A DNA stretch of 64,000 nucleotides, from contig OZ004609.1 of assembly GCA_963924565.1 (NCBI GenBank), positions 32,984,001 through 33,048,000 on the forward strand, in the 5' to 3' direction. Shown here piece after piece: positions 24,601 through 37,900 of this stretch. The notes below the pieces were generated by a model that was not told the origin of the DNA, searched no databases, and saw only the letters and a program-made list of their open reading frames with translations. The stretch's first letter is position 1, and each line of letters starts with the position of its first letter. This DNA is from Ascidiella aspersa (Eukaryota). A program made the translations under genes and the position numbers.

Positions 24601-27600
24601 TTAGAATATTTTTATTACGATCAATGCCAGTTGCTAATCCTGTGTGATATATAATTTTCTTTATTGCAAAATAAGAATCAGCAAGTGTTCAAATTATGCT
24701 TATCCCATTCATCCGTTGAAGACAAAGGAGTTGCGCTGTATACTGTATAGTTGACCGATCAGTTCTAAAAAAGAATATACAAAAAAAACATACAGGAAAG
24801 GTAGATTTGGGAATAAAGTACACAAAAGGCCTTTAGATTTTTTCTAATAATAGTCTATTCTTCGTTTTAAAAGATTTTAATTTCCTGCTTAAATGTAACA
24901 AAAATAAATCTTTGTTTTCTATTACTGGCTTTACGCTTAGTGGTATGCCTACTTTTGCTTTCATCAGATCTAACCATTTTATCGACTGCAACAACATTTG
25001 CTACGCATTTAAATAAACTCGCACTGAACTAGTAAGCCGTTAAAAAGTTTTTTTGCGTGTTAAATAACCTTGTTCGTTTTAACCGCCAAATGATAGCTTT
25101 TGCAGTAATCTTCAATGTAGCGCACCACTTTACTCATTTGAATAAATGACTTAGTTCAAGTGAAGTTATTTTTCAAGTTGACTTAAGTCAAGTCACTTTG
25201 CCCGAAAAACTTCAAGTCAAATCCATTGAAAACAGTGTCTTAGTAATTACAATACCACTGCTTTGTTTTCCAGGAGACTTTCTTGGAGGCTTTTGACAGC
25301 ATTGTGCCACCCGATGATATCATGGAGATGGTAATCGTTAACTCTAAAGCGTTTTACCGAAAAGCGTCCGAGGTGCTTACTCCTGCTCCTACTGTGAAGA
25401 ATAGCATAACAAAGAGACAAATAGGTTCGACAAGCCGGCAGGCCAGATTAAATTTCAAACACCAATATAACAAACATTACCTTAAAACTATAGTATAATG
25501 CTAAATAATGAATTAAATCTTTTCTACAAAAAAACATTTTGTTACAGTCTGCTGCTTAGCACCACATGTCTTCAGAATAATTTTATTAAAAAAAAATTGT
25601 TAAAACAACCTACTTTTCATTGAATACACGGCCATTGTACCGGGCCTGAGTTGCATATCTATAGCCAAAAAGTCTTTCAGGTGAAGAAAATTGTAAACAT
25701 TAGAAAATAAATGGATTCTAGTCTACAATGTGCTCAAAATCCTATGTTCCACTGTACAAACAATCATCCACATAAACGCACACAAGTCAAAGAAGAGCCT
25801 TGCTATTGGGACAAAAAAAATTGACTGATCTTTTTTCTATATAAAGAACAAATAAAATGCCATTAAGGGGAAGTAAACTTAACAGTTTTCTGCAGCAAAT
25901 TCGCTAAGAACTGTGTCCTCGCTTACTTTTAGTTGAAACCGGGCCTGACTTCGACCAGATAACGGCTCTTGGAGATGGCAACGTGAACTGGACGCCCGGG
26001 CAACTGAGCTCCATTTCCGACGAGGACTTCGCCAACTCACTTCCCGCACTAGGAGCGATCGAGAACTGGAGCGGCGAAGCAACTGTAGCGCTCTACGATC
26101 ACATGATTCAGGTGAAAGAGCGTTCATATTTATCGTACATATTATCTAGGAACCTTTGTTTGGTGTTTCTTTATACGTTTAAAGTTTGAAGCATCGCATG
26201 TGTTTTTTGGATTACTTTTAAACTGCATTATTTTATTCCACTGTATTGTTCGTTTTTACTTACTTAAAGTTACGCTTTCAGCCAGGAATATAATGATGCA
26301 GTTTTATTTTTTCACGTTTCACCATTAAGCCATGTTTTTTTATTGTAAAAACACTTGTACCTGTTGTGATTCACCGGAACGTATAGTAATTTTTGCGAAA
26401 ATAATGTAACTGGGTTTAGCAGTCTAACCGAACATGTTTTGGACACCGATAGGCAACTTTGGGTTAAGCTTTGTGCTCGAATTCCATTTTGTAACCTAAT
26501 ATTAGAAGCGCCCCTCAAAACTACCCTGTGTCGCTCTTTGTAGATATAAATTGTACAATCTGATTTCAGGTTTAGTTTAACTTTATTTTTATTTTCAGAC
26601 GTTTAACGAGCCGGAGACTTGGGAAGTTGAGGTGATATCTGAAGCCAAGCACATTCTCGCCAACATGTCGGTCGACGGCATTCTCACGTTAGACCTCACC
26701 GACCCGGATGCTGTTGCCTCCTTGTCCGAAATCAAATGGAACCACCAACAGGTTATCGATTGCAATCTGAATATGTAAAATATAAAGATTGAAGATATCT
26801 CCTCGTCCTTGTACGTTAATGACGACAATGACTTCGGACAACCAGCTGTGTTGGCAAAGCGAAAAGAAAATAGGAAAAAGTGTGTTGCCAACACAGCTGG
26901 TTGTTTTTTTCAAGACTTGGGCAGCGGAATGGTCCAGTTTCCTAAAGGCCTACCTTTAATTTTAATATTTTTAACTTACTCACGTCGTACGTCGCTTTGC
27001 TCTCTATTGTTATTTTTGTATTAGGCAATGCAAACACGTATATTTCTCTAATAATGACTAGAACTTATATATGACTGATTTTGACTTAGTCAAGAACGTC
27101 TAAAGTATATTGCTGATTAACGATCTGTCAGTTTTAAACAACACCTGCCTTTGCATATGCCGCCCCTTCGCACATTTTTTCAAAGCGGAGACTGGATTAA
27201 GGTTGATTGCACATTTACTGTAAAATAGCTTTTTGCTTTCTACCAAGCTTTCGGGACATTTAATGCTTCCTTGATCATTTGTAGTGTTGCGAAATTAAAA
27301 CGTCCAAACGCCTTTTTGCCAGTTACTTAATCGAATATTTTCTTTAGCATTAGTAGATTTAGTTACCGCTAACTGTTAACCTACTATTATATTTGGACTA
27401 ACTTACCTTCAAAGTAGCAATAGCAGCGTTGGTTCGTAAACCATGCCTAAAATTTCTATGTTAATTTGATATCGGATCGCCACCGGTACCACCCTAGTAT
27501 AAACTTTTCCCAATTTAGGACAGTAACTCATGCCGGAAAGCATTCGAGTCTTACATACGCTCTATCTATTGGAAATCTGGTAATATTAATACCTTTACCT

Positions 27601-30600
27601 ATTGCCTTGCGTGTTTTAACTTGTCTATGCCATGTAGAATGAATATTATTATTAGGTTGCTTCTCAGTCACATTAACTGAAGGTGATATAGGCTCGTATC
27701 GAAACGTCTTAATCAAGATGCTGTCGATTTACTCGACCTTTTTGGCTTTGCAATTTATTATCAAGCTACATTACAGATTCGTGCATAGTATACCCAAGTA
27801 TAAATTTTTTTTTGTCAAAAGTGTGTAGCAAATATTTTTTTACTGTGTCGTAAGCTAAAAAAGTTATCACTGCAATAAAGAAATAAAAACAAACATTTTT
27901 TTTTAATTTCAATATTTTCAGAGAGCAGCTGCATTGGCGGGCTACATTAACCAAAACTCGAAAAGGATGTCGTCACTGACGAGTGATGACATCACCGCTC
28001 TTGGTGACATCATGTGCGGGTCTTCTCCCATCGAGCTGATATCCCTTCGTCACGACGTAATGAGGTAGCGGTGGATATAATTGAAGATAACTATTTCCAA
28101 TATAACATTTTAAGATAAAATAAAATTTTGTTTGGTATGACGTCGATTAATATACATCGGTAAATCTTTTATATCAAACAACTTTGATTTAACGTTCATT
28201 TTTTGAATGTACAAAAAGTGCTCATTATTTGGCCGTTTTGATGGAATGTTGGTAATAACCAGCCGTATTAAATAGATTTAAAGTTTAAATCTGTGAAAGT
28301 GTAATAAAAAAAAATGACGCATAGGCTTACACTTATCCCAGAAATTAGCAAGGAGACTTTCCAACTTTCGTCAGAAACAACCACTTTACTGCTTTTGTGT
28401 ATCTTTCTATAGCGAGTCGATGTCGGAGTTGGGTTACTCGGAGTGCTTCGAGCAACCGCAGAGTGACGTTCTTTTCTCAATTATCTTGATGCTGAGTGAT
28501 GAGGAAATGCCAGACGCTCCATTACTACAAGAGATGGGATCGCTAGCAGGTATAGTCAAGTGTTTAGGATCCTTACCGATTACTAGAGTGTGATAAGGTC
28601 GCGTTTATTATATTGACTCTCATCTAACTTGATCTTGTCGAAAAACTGTTAAAATCAAAGGTGAACTGTAAACGTCATACAAACGATCTAAGAGCAGACT
28701 TATTGTTTATTAAAATATGTCACCGAAAAATAAATTACGATAATAACGAATAAAACAACAATCCTCAAACTTAAAAACAAATAAAGTCGGTAAATTTATA
28801 GGATATTTGATAGAAATGTGCTTCGACAATAATAAAATTATTTGTTAACCGGTGTAAAAAAATTCAGGAGATTTTGTACAAAATTCTTATTAGCAATTCG
28901 ATTTTTTAATACTTGTTTAATTGACAGCTGGTCTGGCCGTGGAAGAACTGCGGGACATTTCCCTGGAAACGATGCCTTTTCTGAAAGAAGTCTTCTTTAG
29001 AAACATCGACCCAATTCGTATCAGGGTATTTATTGACGGACCAAAAAATCTCTATTGCGGATGATTTACCTAATCAAGTTATTTTATATATGCGCTTATC
29101 TGTTAATTATTTCAGCACATTTTACCAACGGCAGGGTAACTGATAATTATACAGGTAACAGTACAGAAACAATCTGGTATGCGTTTTCGTTTTTTTAACG
29201 CGAAATGTACGTTTGTTAATAAATATGTAACGCATTTGTAACCTATCTAGGTATTAGAACAACAAATTGGAAGTTTAGCACACAAGCACAATGCGCATAA
29301 AAAACTGAGACACTGTTGAAAATGCTGATATTGTTGACATATGCTGTGGATTTGGCGTATTATCATAAAATCAACCTTACTTTTGTCCTATAAACCCTAC
29401 TTGTTGTCCTTAGGACGGCTTATCCCCCGACCAGCTGGCAACCTCTGGTATCACAAACGTGGCGACCGTTATGAACAAACCAGACCTCTTCGATGTGCTT
29501 GGAAAAAGTCAGCGGAACGCTCTCCAAATGGCGGCATACGGAAGAATTTTAAGTACCTCACAGTGAATTGATAATATCTCACCCTAATAATTAGCTGTTC
29601 AGTGTTCACGAGAAGGCACTTTCGTTTTAACTTCGATCTTTTTATTCAGTTTACCTTTGCTTAGAACTATATAGAAGTTATTTATGTGTCCACAAACTCC
29701 ACAAAGCTTTTAGGTCTACGTTTAACACTGTATTCCCTTCTATAGTTTAATTAAGTGGCGACTAGTTGGTTTTCATTTCGAAAGATGGTTTGAAACCAAG
29801 CCCTTAATTTCTAACCTAATACAAGTGTTCTTAAGCTGGGGTTCGTAGACTCATTAGGTGTATACGTGGAATGGTTTCACCTGATTGTATTATTTAAAAA
29901 TGGAATGATTTGTTTAAAAGAAAATTGATTAATATATTTTGTCAAGAGGGTATTTAGGTTCTATTTCCGTTTTATATTTGGGCGTGATTTTGACCGAAAA
30001 TAGCAGGTTTTAAGTCTTGTTTTATGTCAAGTTATGATGTAATTTCTGAAGAAATTCATGCCACACGAACCAATTTTTTTGTGGGTGATCCGCGTTTGCG
30101 TATTAATCCAGTATTGTTACACGATTGTGCGTGCTGCCTCATAATTCTCCACAAGTGGCACTGAATTAGTTTTTCCCTTTGAATAAAGTGCCCTCCAAAG
30201 TTGAAAGCACCACTGCAGCCTACAACCCCAACAGCAACAACACGAACTTCACCGGTGCCATCGATGTTCAACTTGACAGTAAGTTATTCGGGATTCTCGC
30301 TTCCCGTGAACGCTAATTGTGGCCGCAGCTAGTACCGGATTCAGGGTACTGTAGGCCTAAGGCTGTTAACTTAAATAAGGGCCTAATTTTGCAAACCAAG
30401 CAACAAAAAGTAATAGAAATACGCACATTTTGACTCTACTCATTCATTGTGAAGCAAAAACTGTACTGTAGTTGTACTGCATCTATATCACTATCAGGTA
30501 TCAGGCTTATAAAAATTTAACCTTTAAAAAAATTGGGGGCCGACTTTTTCCAGGGCCTAAGGGTATAGTCTTAGTAGCCTAATGGTTAATCCGGCACTGG

Positions 30601-30808
30601 CCGCAATTACCCAACTGTCGAAATTTAAAGTAAAATAACTAGCATGCTGTGATTGTTTCCAGATTCCGGCGCCGCGGGTACTATTGATTCAATGGAGACG
30701 CCTACTAATGCAACCATTGGATCGCCTGGCAATTCGCCGTATGTAGTCGGAACTGCAAGATACGCCGCTACATTTTTCTGCTTTCTTGTGTCGTTATTTA
30801 TATATTAA
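671..30808 (+). CDS. Gene A: multi-exon (~47 exons in window) otoancorin/mesothelin/stereocilin-like GPI-anchored protein with two tandem modules; 5' end probably upstream of the window; roughly 2100+ aa in window
   Basis: Hand splicing gives a continuous phase-compatible frame, e.g. 1269-1343, 1844-2038, 2188-2229, 2428-2583, 3679-3816, 4089-4156, 4398-4521, 4685-4800, 5145-5289 ... 11571-11804 ... 30663-30808 (exon 671-710 is tentative). It contains repeated short helical LG-x-x-x-x-GL/C motifs (LGKVAIGLSC, LGDMLCDIPPDQI, ITALGDIMCG, QEMGSLAAGL) typical of this family. The last exon ends ...GSPGNSPYVVGTARYAATFFCFLVSLFIY*, a GPI-signal-like tail. Confidence 0.75.
3112..3435. mobile_element. 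hAT MITE
   Basis: TIR caggagtgcttaaactt / aagtttaagaacccctg; perfect 8-bp TSD ctgtaagc (3104-3111, 3436-3443). Confidence 0.85.
8930..9234. mobile_element. hAT MITE
   Basis: TIR cagtggccagcaaa / tttgctgaccccga; TSD tgctagac / ttctagac. Confidence 0.65.
12972..13137. mobile_element. Penelope-like pLTR fragment forming a hairpin, with a degenerate hammerhead core
   Basis: Inverted arms ttaatggtgaaaataacggccca...ttgttcaaac / gtttgaacaa...tgggccgttattttaccattaa enclose CTGATGA (13062-13068) ... GAAA (13086-13089). Confidence 0.6.
18880..19175. repeat. Diverged tandem duplication of a ~150-bp intronic unit
   Basis: ataaccttctttacaactagtataa...gaacacacgcattcgtgaaattgtt recurs as ataacccttcacaactactataa...gaacacacgcgtttgggaaattgtt. 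Confidence 0.65.
19230..19285 (-). repeat. Short end fragment of the same pLTR-like family
   Basis: cactatatacggatctgttcataagtttaatggtgaaaataacggcccaaatagag, nearly identical to 12972-13026 and 40093-40136. Confidence 0.75.
19441..19793. mobile_element. hAT MITE
   Basis: TIR cagcggttctcaacc / ggttaagaaccactg; degraded TSD gtttagga / acttggga. Confidence 0.7.
21601..22186. mobile_element. Penelope-like pLTR insertion with 101-bp perfect inverted repeats, each carrying a minimal hammerhead ribozyme core
   Basis: 21601-21701 is the exact reverse complement of 22069-22169. The arm reads gca-CTGATGA-t-ggcaa-aagaaa-ttgcc-GAAA-cgtt-tgc, then AATAAA, and the right end is aacagatccgtgtttagtg. Confidence 0.75.
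22069..22106 (+). ncRNA. Putative minimal type I hammerhead ribozyme (mirror copy on - strand at 21664-21701)
   Basis: Intact CUGAUGA and GAAA boxes, 5-bp stem II ggcaa/uugcc, palindromic mini stem III (AAACGUUU), GUU triplet, short stem I gca/ugc. Confidence 0.6.
23729..24199. mobile_element. hAT MITE
   Basis: Perfect TIR caggggtgtccaa / ttggacacccctg; perfect TSD ctctaagc (23721-23728, 24200-24207). Confidence 0.9.
30330..30599. mobile_element. hAT-type MITE
   Basis: TIR tagtaccggatt / aatccggcactg; TSD gccgcagc / gccgcaat. Confidence 0.65.
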
Positions 30809-31930
30809 ATATTATTTTTTGTACTTTTATGTGTTCCAATTAAATATCATTTAATTTTTTCTACAGCGCTGTACTCGACTGTCGAAAAAGCAGTTTTTTT
30901 CAATGATGAACATTAGCTAGGAGATTCCAGATGCTTTGTGACTTTCTAAATTTCGAGCAAAAATAAGCTCTTCTAATTTTTTTCCGGTAGCAAAACAGTT
31001 TTTTTTTTTAGAGACTAGCGTCTTTATGGCGAGAGTTGGATACAAAGTTACGATTTTAATTTGCTTTTTGAAAGGATCAAATTTATCTAAAAAGTTTAGC
31101 TGCGCAACCTAAACGCTTAATAATTCTGGTAGTCTTTTGTTTAAGGAGAAATAAACAAAAATTATACCCCCTTGTTCGATATTTAGGTCTACATGGATTG
31201 GTTTCGTCCATCGGTCAGGTTCTCCATTAAGTTTGCCACTATGCGTGGAAAACGCGATTCGTTTGAGAGGGATTTTTTACCTTGATCAATCCAGTTATTT
31301 AGGGAAAATTTTGAAAAGGCTGTTGTAATAAAATTGAAGCAAACTATGCCCTTGCTTTCGTAAAAGATTGTTGTTGCCTCTACAGGTGATTATCCAATGT
31401 ATCGAAACTTCAGGTAAAGGAAGACTGTTTATCTGCAATGGCATTACATTAAAATATTTAGGGCAATGTTCGTTTTGATTGTTAAAACCTAAAAGATAGT
31501 TTAAATAAACCTATATTTTATCGTACACAGAAAATAAACCCTACTGCTCAGGATAAAATGAAGAAAGTTCGGGATTTGTCGCTTGCTTGATGAGTGACCT
31601 TGCAAGGTCGCTTATAAAAAACAGAATTGTAGGTATTTGGTTTAATTCTATTTCTTACGTTTAACATTGAAACTGATTTTACTGCTTACTTTCATTGTCC
31701 AGGCAAGTAAAAGTTTTAAGTAATTCGCGCGTTAATATGTAGGTCTTTGTTTCGGGTTGCATTATTAGAGATATTTTCCAAATCAGTGTATCAAGTTTGT
31801 TAAAATGATTTGTTTTTCTTTGTTAAATTATTCAGATGAAATGTTATTAAGATTGGGCCTGCGTTGAAAACGTATAGTTTTTTATTTATTCCTAATCTTG
31901 CTGATTAAGTGAAAATTGTGATTATTGGCA

Positions 31931-34900
31931 ATGACAATATCCGGTTTGTCAAGCTACTTGATCGTTCTAGGTAAGCATAATATGGTATTAATTGAAGTTA
32001 TTTTTTTGAGTTGAATCTTTTTTACAATTATTAGTTAAATTTATTTTATTATCAGGGTTTCTACTGGGATGGATGACGGTAACTTCTGCAGGTTAGTGCC
32101 AACTACGAATTCCAATATAGAATTATATCCGAGATAGACAACGCAGATTAGGTTTACTAAAATGTTGGTTTAGTATTTTTTACTACATATTGTTCTAATT
32201 AAATCATCGTTTTACAAATCACGTAAACCTTTACATTATGTTATTGTCGGGTAATAATAATTTACGGGATGATGAATGGTCGGAACACTCACTAATTTAA
32301 GTGTTACCCCATTAAAACAATTATTAAACCAACCCACAATATTTGAGTTAGGGTGGGGGTTTGGGTGAAGGTGGGTCAAGTGTTATTATATTTAATAATA
32401 ATACTGTGAGCGTTCTGACCATTCATCATTCCGTAAATTAGTGTTTCCCGTTTTTGTACACATTAAAATGAGACCATCTCAGAATATATTTTGTGTATAA
32501 AAGTTATCCTTTTTTTAGGTAATTTGCCTTTTGTAGATTCATTTTTTTTTAATTGAAGACAGTTTACGCTAAACCGTTCGTTGTTTTCTTTTTTAAAGTA
32601 ATTTACCTTTTTTTTGTAATTACTATTTTTTTTTTCTTTCAGCTTTAAGCAATTTAGGTGGATTACAAAAATTCAGAGATGGCATGCCAGAAAACTTGAA
32701 CTACAAGGAATCATATGTTAAGCAAAAAAGTAAACTCTGTCTCTTGCTTTATATTTTGTAGGCATTTGTACACACACACACATATTTATACACAGTATAA
32801 TATATTCAAATTATTTATATGGAAAATGCAAATATACAGCTGCATATTACTCTTTCCACTCTATAAGTATCTAACTTACTTTTCATAATTACTGTGTAAC
32901 TGTTTTGTCACAGAGACTGTTGTTAACATGTAATAAAATACTGCAAGAATTTTCTATTTGTTTTTGATCTGGAGTGTTAACTAGTAGTATATTAAAAAAT
33001 GAATTCTTGCACTGTCACATACCAAATAAAAGCCCTGCAACATTAAAAATGTGACCACTTATAAAATAGTTCTTGATAAATAAAAAAGTTTTGTTTTCAC
33101 CAAAATGTGTAAGAATTTAATAAGGTGCTCTGAAGGTTTTTATTTTTAATAAAAATTATTTAAAAATTATTTAAAAAATATACAAAGTCTTATGTATAGT
33201 CGCATCATAAAATATTTAGTCACAGCAGATATTACAGTCTTAAGTTTTAAAATTTGTCTTTTTTTCAGATCCCAGGATAAAGCGCAATTTAAAAGACATC
33301 AACATTAAAATTTTCCGTAAGTATATTTGCAAAAAGGACTATTTTTGCAAGAAGTCTGGTTAACCAAATATAATTAAAGGCTACTATTTTATCTTTAAAT
33401 AAAAGCTGAATGCACGTCTCTCCAGTTCTCATTTATTTCAAATAAATTAGGTAAATCCACTTTCGTTTTAATAGTTTATATCACACCTCAAGTCATTACG
33501 TTTTTCAGCTTGAACTTTACTTTGTCTTGAAAAACAATTAAATTATATACCTGTTGTGGCCACCTTACAATCACCTGTCCATCAATAAACAACCATAAGG
33601 GCATTGTACTGCTCACCAAATAAGGAGTGTAAAACAATGCATAGGCTACTAAAAAAAGCTGTGTTTGTAACTAACAAACTGTAATCCAATTCCGCAGCCA
33701 AATTTGCACCATGGCTTGTTTATGAGCTTTACAGCACAATTAAACAAGACAGACCACTGTATGTTGCATTAAGTATAAAATGACAGCATATATGTAATAT
33801 AGAATTTTAATTTGATTGTTTGTTATGACTTGAAGAATAAATGCTTTGCTTGTATATATATAGTTTTCTATTGCAGTAGTTTTAGATTTGAAACTACCAC
33901 AATATCAATAACAATATTACCTAACTAAACTATAAAATACTTTTATAGCAAGAAATTTCATTGATAGAGGTTCAGCAGTCACAAAATTGTAAGTTGGCTA
34001 TAGAATATTAATACCCTTTATGAATGGATTCAACCATATTTCAAGCTTAAACTTTTAAAAGTATTTATAACTCTTTGGGGAATCACATAAATGTGCACAT
34101 AATGAACAAAACATTTAAATAACAATTTGGAAGCTTGGTTTACTGCATTGTTCAACCTAATCTAATTATACAATATATACATGCTTTTTTTAATAGATTA
34201 GTCCACATTCAATAATAGGTTGTTAAACTCTAACATGACTCACTAGTTACTACTTTATCAGTATAGCAACACATGAAAGTGAAGTTTTGGTCGATGTTTT
34301 AGAAGGATCTGCCTCTATCAACGATCTAAATAAAAACACCCTCAAAGAGATTCCCCCACAATTTATGGCCAAAGTTAAGGTTAGCCATATTGATTTATTT
34401 TCACAGGTCTTGAAAAGTTGGCTGAATGCCTTTAGTTGCGAATATAGTAACGGTTAGTAGAATAAAACAATGAAATGTTCAAGTATATGTTTTTTACTAT
34501 TATTTTAATTACTCTTTTTTTATTTTCAAAACAAATTAGGTTATGTATTCTGTCTTGTTTTTGTAGAAATGGGATAAATTAATACAAGAGGTATCAGTAA
34601 AAACACTCTACACGAATCTTCAATTTGTAAAACATCTGTGTTAAAAATACATTTTGAGTATATACCTCTTAACTTATGGTGACACCCGACATTTTTAAAA
34701 ACGAAATTGAAAAAAAATTAAATCGTTTATCTATATTTATTTTTTACGAATTGGATAACTGCAAATATATACAAGATAACCCGCGAATCACATGTAATTG
34801 ACAAACATATTACTTATTTATTTAGAATGATGTAATAAAAGAAATCAGTAGCGATTCGCTGGCTGAGATGTTGGACTCTGATGTGATTGCACAAGATGTG

Positions 34901-37900
34901 CCAAGCTTGAAAAAAATGCTTAAAAGGTTTGATGACACGCAGTTGGAAGAATCGATGGCTAAGATTTCAGAAAAGACGGTAAGTAGAATGAAACCTAAGA
35001 TCATTGTCTGTAAAAATTATTTAAATACGACATGCGTTCTTGTTTCGAAAATCCTATACCAATAAGTTATGCCTATTTAAAAAAGTCATTTTGCAACCCT
35101 GCAATATTTTATCCTAACCATACGTTTTAATTTTACATTTAAATGTAAAAAATCACCTGTGACTGTGAGTAAATGTACAGTTATTTATATTCAATTAAAA
35201 ATGATAGTTACCACATACCAATTAAGATTTTAAGGAAGTATTTTTGACCAATCAGCGTGGAGAAAGTGGAACGATGCTAAATCCGGCCATTGCAGTTCAA
35301 GAGTCTATTGCGGAAGAGTTTATGCGTCGAAATATTAAACGGGGATCTAACAAGAAGGACCAAGTCGCTGTCCTCGACAAGTTTGTCACCGTCATGTGTC
35401 CCTTCGTTTCTGGTTTGTCACCTGGAGATATCAATAAACTTCCTGTGGACTCGGACAAAACTGCGGAAATGTTAGATGTTGAATGTTTTAACATATTTAA
35501 AAAGTCATACACTGCAGCAGATAAATTCGCGTGACGCATAGGCTATTACGGCAATGTAAATAATATTCAGAACACTTTTTTAAAGCATTATCTGATTTAA
35601 TCTAAAATACAATGTTTTACATTATTGGATAGCGTGTCACTCTTACTAATGCTATTCACGATAAAGTAATTCTGTGTATCTATGTTAAAACTGTAAAATG
35701 AACATATGAAAATAACACTATTTAAACGAGTTATTTCCTAAAATAGTATATTAAAAATGTCATACATTAAGCAACGTTTAAAATTAAGCAACGTTTTAAA
35801 ACCTAAAGCGGAAATATCATAAATCGTGAATATATTTTCCAAATGTAGAATGGAATGCTTTGCCGAGAACTACAAAGATCTGGACAAGGCTCAAAGAACC
35901 CAGTTTGCCAAATACTTAATGAAAGTCGACAGAGGCAATAAAGAGGCGATAAAGCCGTCTAACTACGGGCCATTTATGCTGGATGTCTCAAGCAAACTTC
36001 TCTCACGCAAAATGTCGGCCTCCGAGGTGAAAACCGAGCAGATGTATTATACCTTTTATAACTGAATAAGGTAACATTTTTTATCTAAGCTTTTCTTTTC
36101 CATGCAAAAACATGGCAGTTAAAACGAGCTTCTGCCTGAAACATTTTAGCTAGTGGCATGATTAATTTAAAAGCGATTACCGATCGTAAACGGGTTGCTT
36201 AGCGTTTTTGCCAATCAAAAACATAATAATGTAAGATTCCCAAAAACTTGTCATTAATTTAATAAACAACAAAATTGAAAATATTGTTATTTTGTATGCA
36301 ATTCATGAATTTTCAGTTTGCGTTATAAAGTTATTGAAACTTTTTAATGCAATTACTTTGCTCAATAAAATAAGAAACTTATCTTTAAGGTGTTATTAAT
36401 CAACTTTTATGACTGCAAACAATCAATTATTTTGCAGCTGAATGAGATGTTACAAGGCGACTTCGCCGATTTGGACCCGACCAGTCCTAATTTCAAAACA
36501 TTTGCCAGATCTGTCATGTCTGCGATTGTTCAACACAACATTTCTTATTTGTACGAAGAAGCAAATTTAGTAAAGTGAGTAAAAGTACAAAGGAAAGTGA
36601 AATAGACTTATATCTTCGTCTCTATCTGAATATGTTTTCAATTGAAGAAACTAGCAATACTGTAGTCCTGAAAAAACGGGTTGACTAAAACTGCACGAAA
36701 ATAACATAAGGGCAAAAAAATATCAAATTGACATTTAGTACTACAGTAAGACAGTTTGTCTTCATGGTGAATTGTTTTTCTTATTATGTATTTTTTTTGC
36801 TTTTTCTTATTATCTACTGCTTTGAACGTTTTTTGTTATAATAATGTTGAAGCATCGTATAAGCGCCTAGGCCTTACCACCGCTGTTTTTTGGCTCTATA
36901 GTATTGTTGTATAAAAAAGAAGCTTAGTCGCGTGACGATTTACAAACCTACGATAACCGAATCAAGTCGTATACATGCTCGTAATTTAGTTTAAATGTTT
37001 AGTTGAATTGACAAAAAAATAGGATAGTCAGGTTAAATTCACTAAGATTGTCGTTGTAAAATCTCCCACTTTGTAAAAAGAAAATTACTTCTGATGAGAC
37101 AGGTGAGAAAGTTTTACTCTGAATAATGCGTATATCTCAACTTTTTTGTCAGGTTGGACATTGTTTTGTGCGAGTACAGCTTTGATCAGCTGAGAAAGCG
37201 GATAGACGCTGCACAAGATGTGCTGGTGGCAAAGGCCTACCTTAAAATGTGCGGAATGGGGGATACGAGTTCTGAAATACAAGAGGTTGAGTGTTATTTG
37301 TTTACATTAATTTACACAGGATAGTTCCTATATATATGAAATCCAGTCCCCAGGCAAAATTTACATTAACAAGTGTTGACAAAACCTGCAAGTTATTAGA
37401 AACATCAACTTTAGTCAATAACTCCAAAGCAAGCTAGTCGGTGATTTGAACCCACGCCCGTGGGAACCCGCGTCCACTAGTTTTCTGACTAAGTTATCAA
37501 AAAAAGTAGAGCTGTAACTGATGGTTCTCTGGACTTGGCAGCCCGTGAAACAACTACATTCGCTATCTAGTAAAGTGGTGGTTCTTAACCTTTAGTGGCG
37601 TACCACCTAGTTCAGGGTTTATTAACGATAGGGATGCTCGCACCCCCAGGAGTGCGTGAAGTGTTTCAAAAACTCACATTTTTATAATGTGTTACTGTGT
37701 TATCAGTTACTTGTATAAAAATAAAATCACAATGGTTTTGGTATTGGAGATTAATTGGTGGATTCAAAAGGAGTGCGACAATTGTTTGGTGATTTGAAAG
37801 GGGTGCAGCAAGGAAAATGTTCCACAGACCTAGTTGATTTTACTATCGCTGTGTACCAACTGGTTGATAAAGAAACCATCTTGCTCAGATTTACTTGTGT

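Larger units (their letters stand above)
11762..30808 (+). other. Gene A module 2 (collinear paralog of gene B)
   Basis: Exon-by-exon homology to gene B from KIKRSIMNIDIKII to the GPI-like tail. Confidence 0.85.

Noticed and set aside
25879-26127. Conserved antisense ORFs (also 48477-48821, 17715-17951, 38798-38986)
   Set aside because: Their similarity is a by-product of near-identical sense exons of genes A and B.
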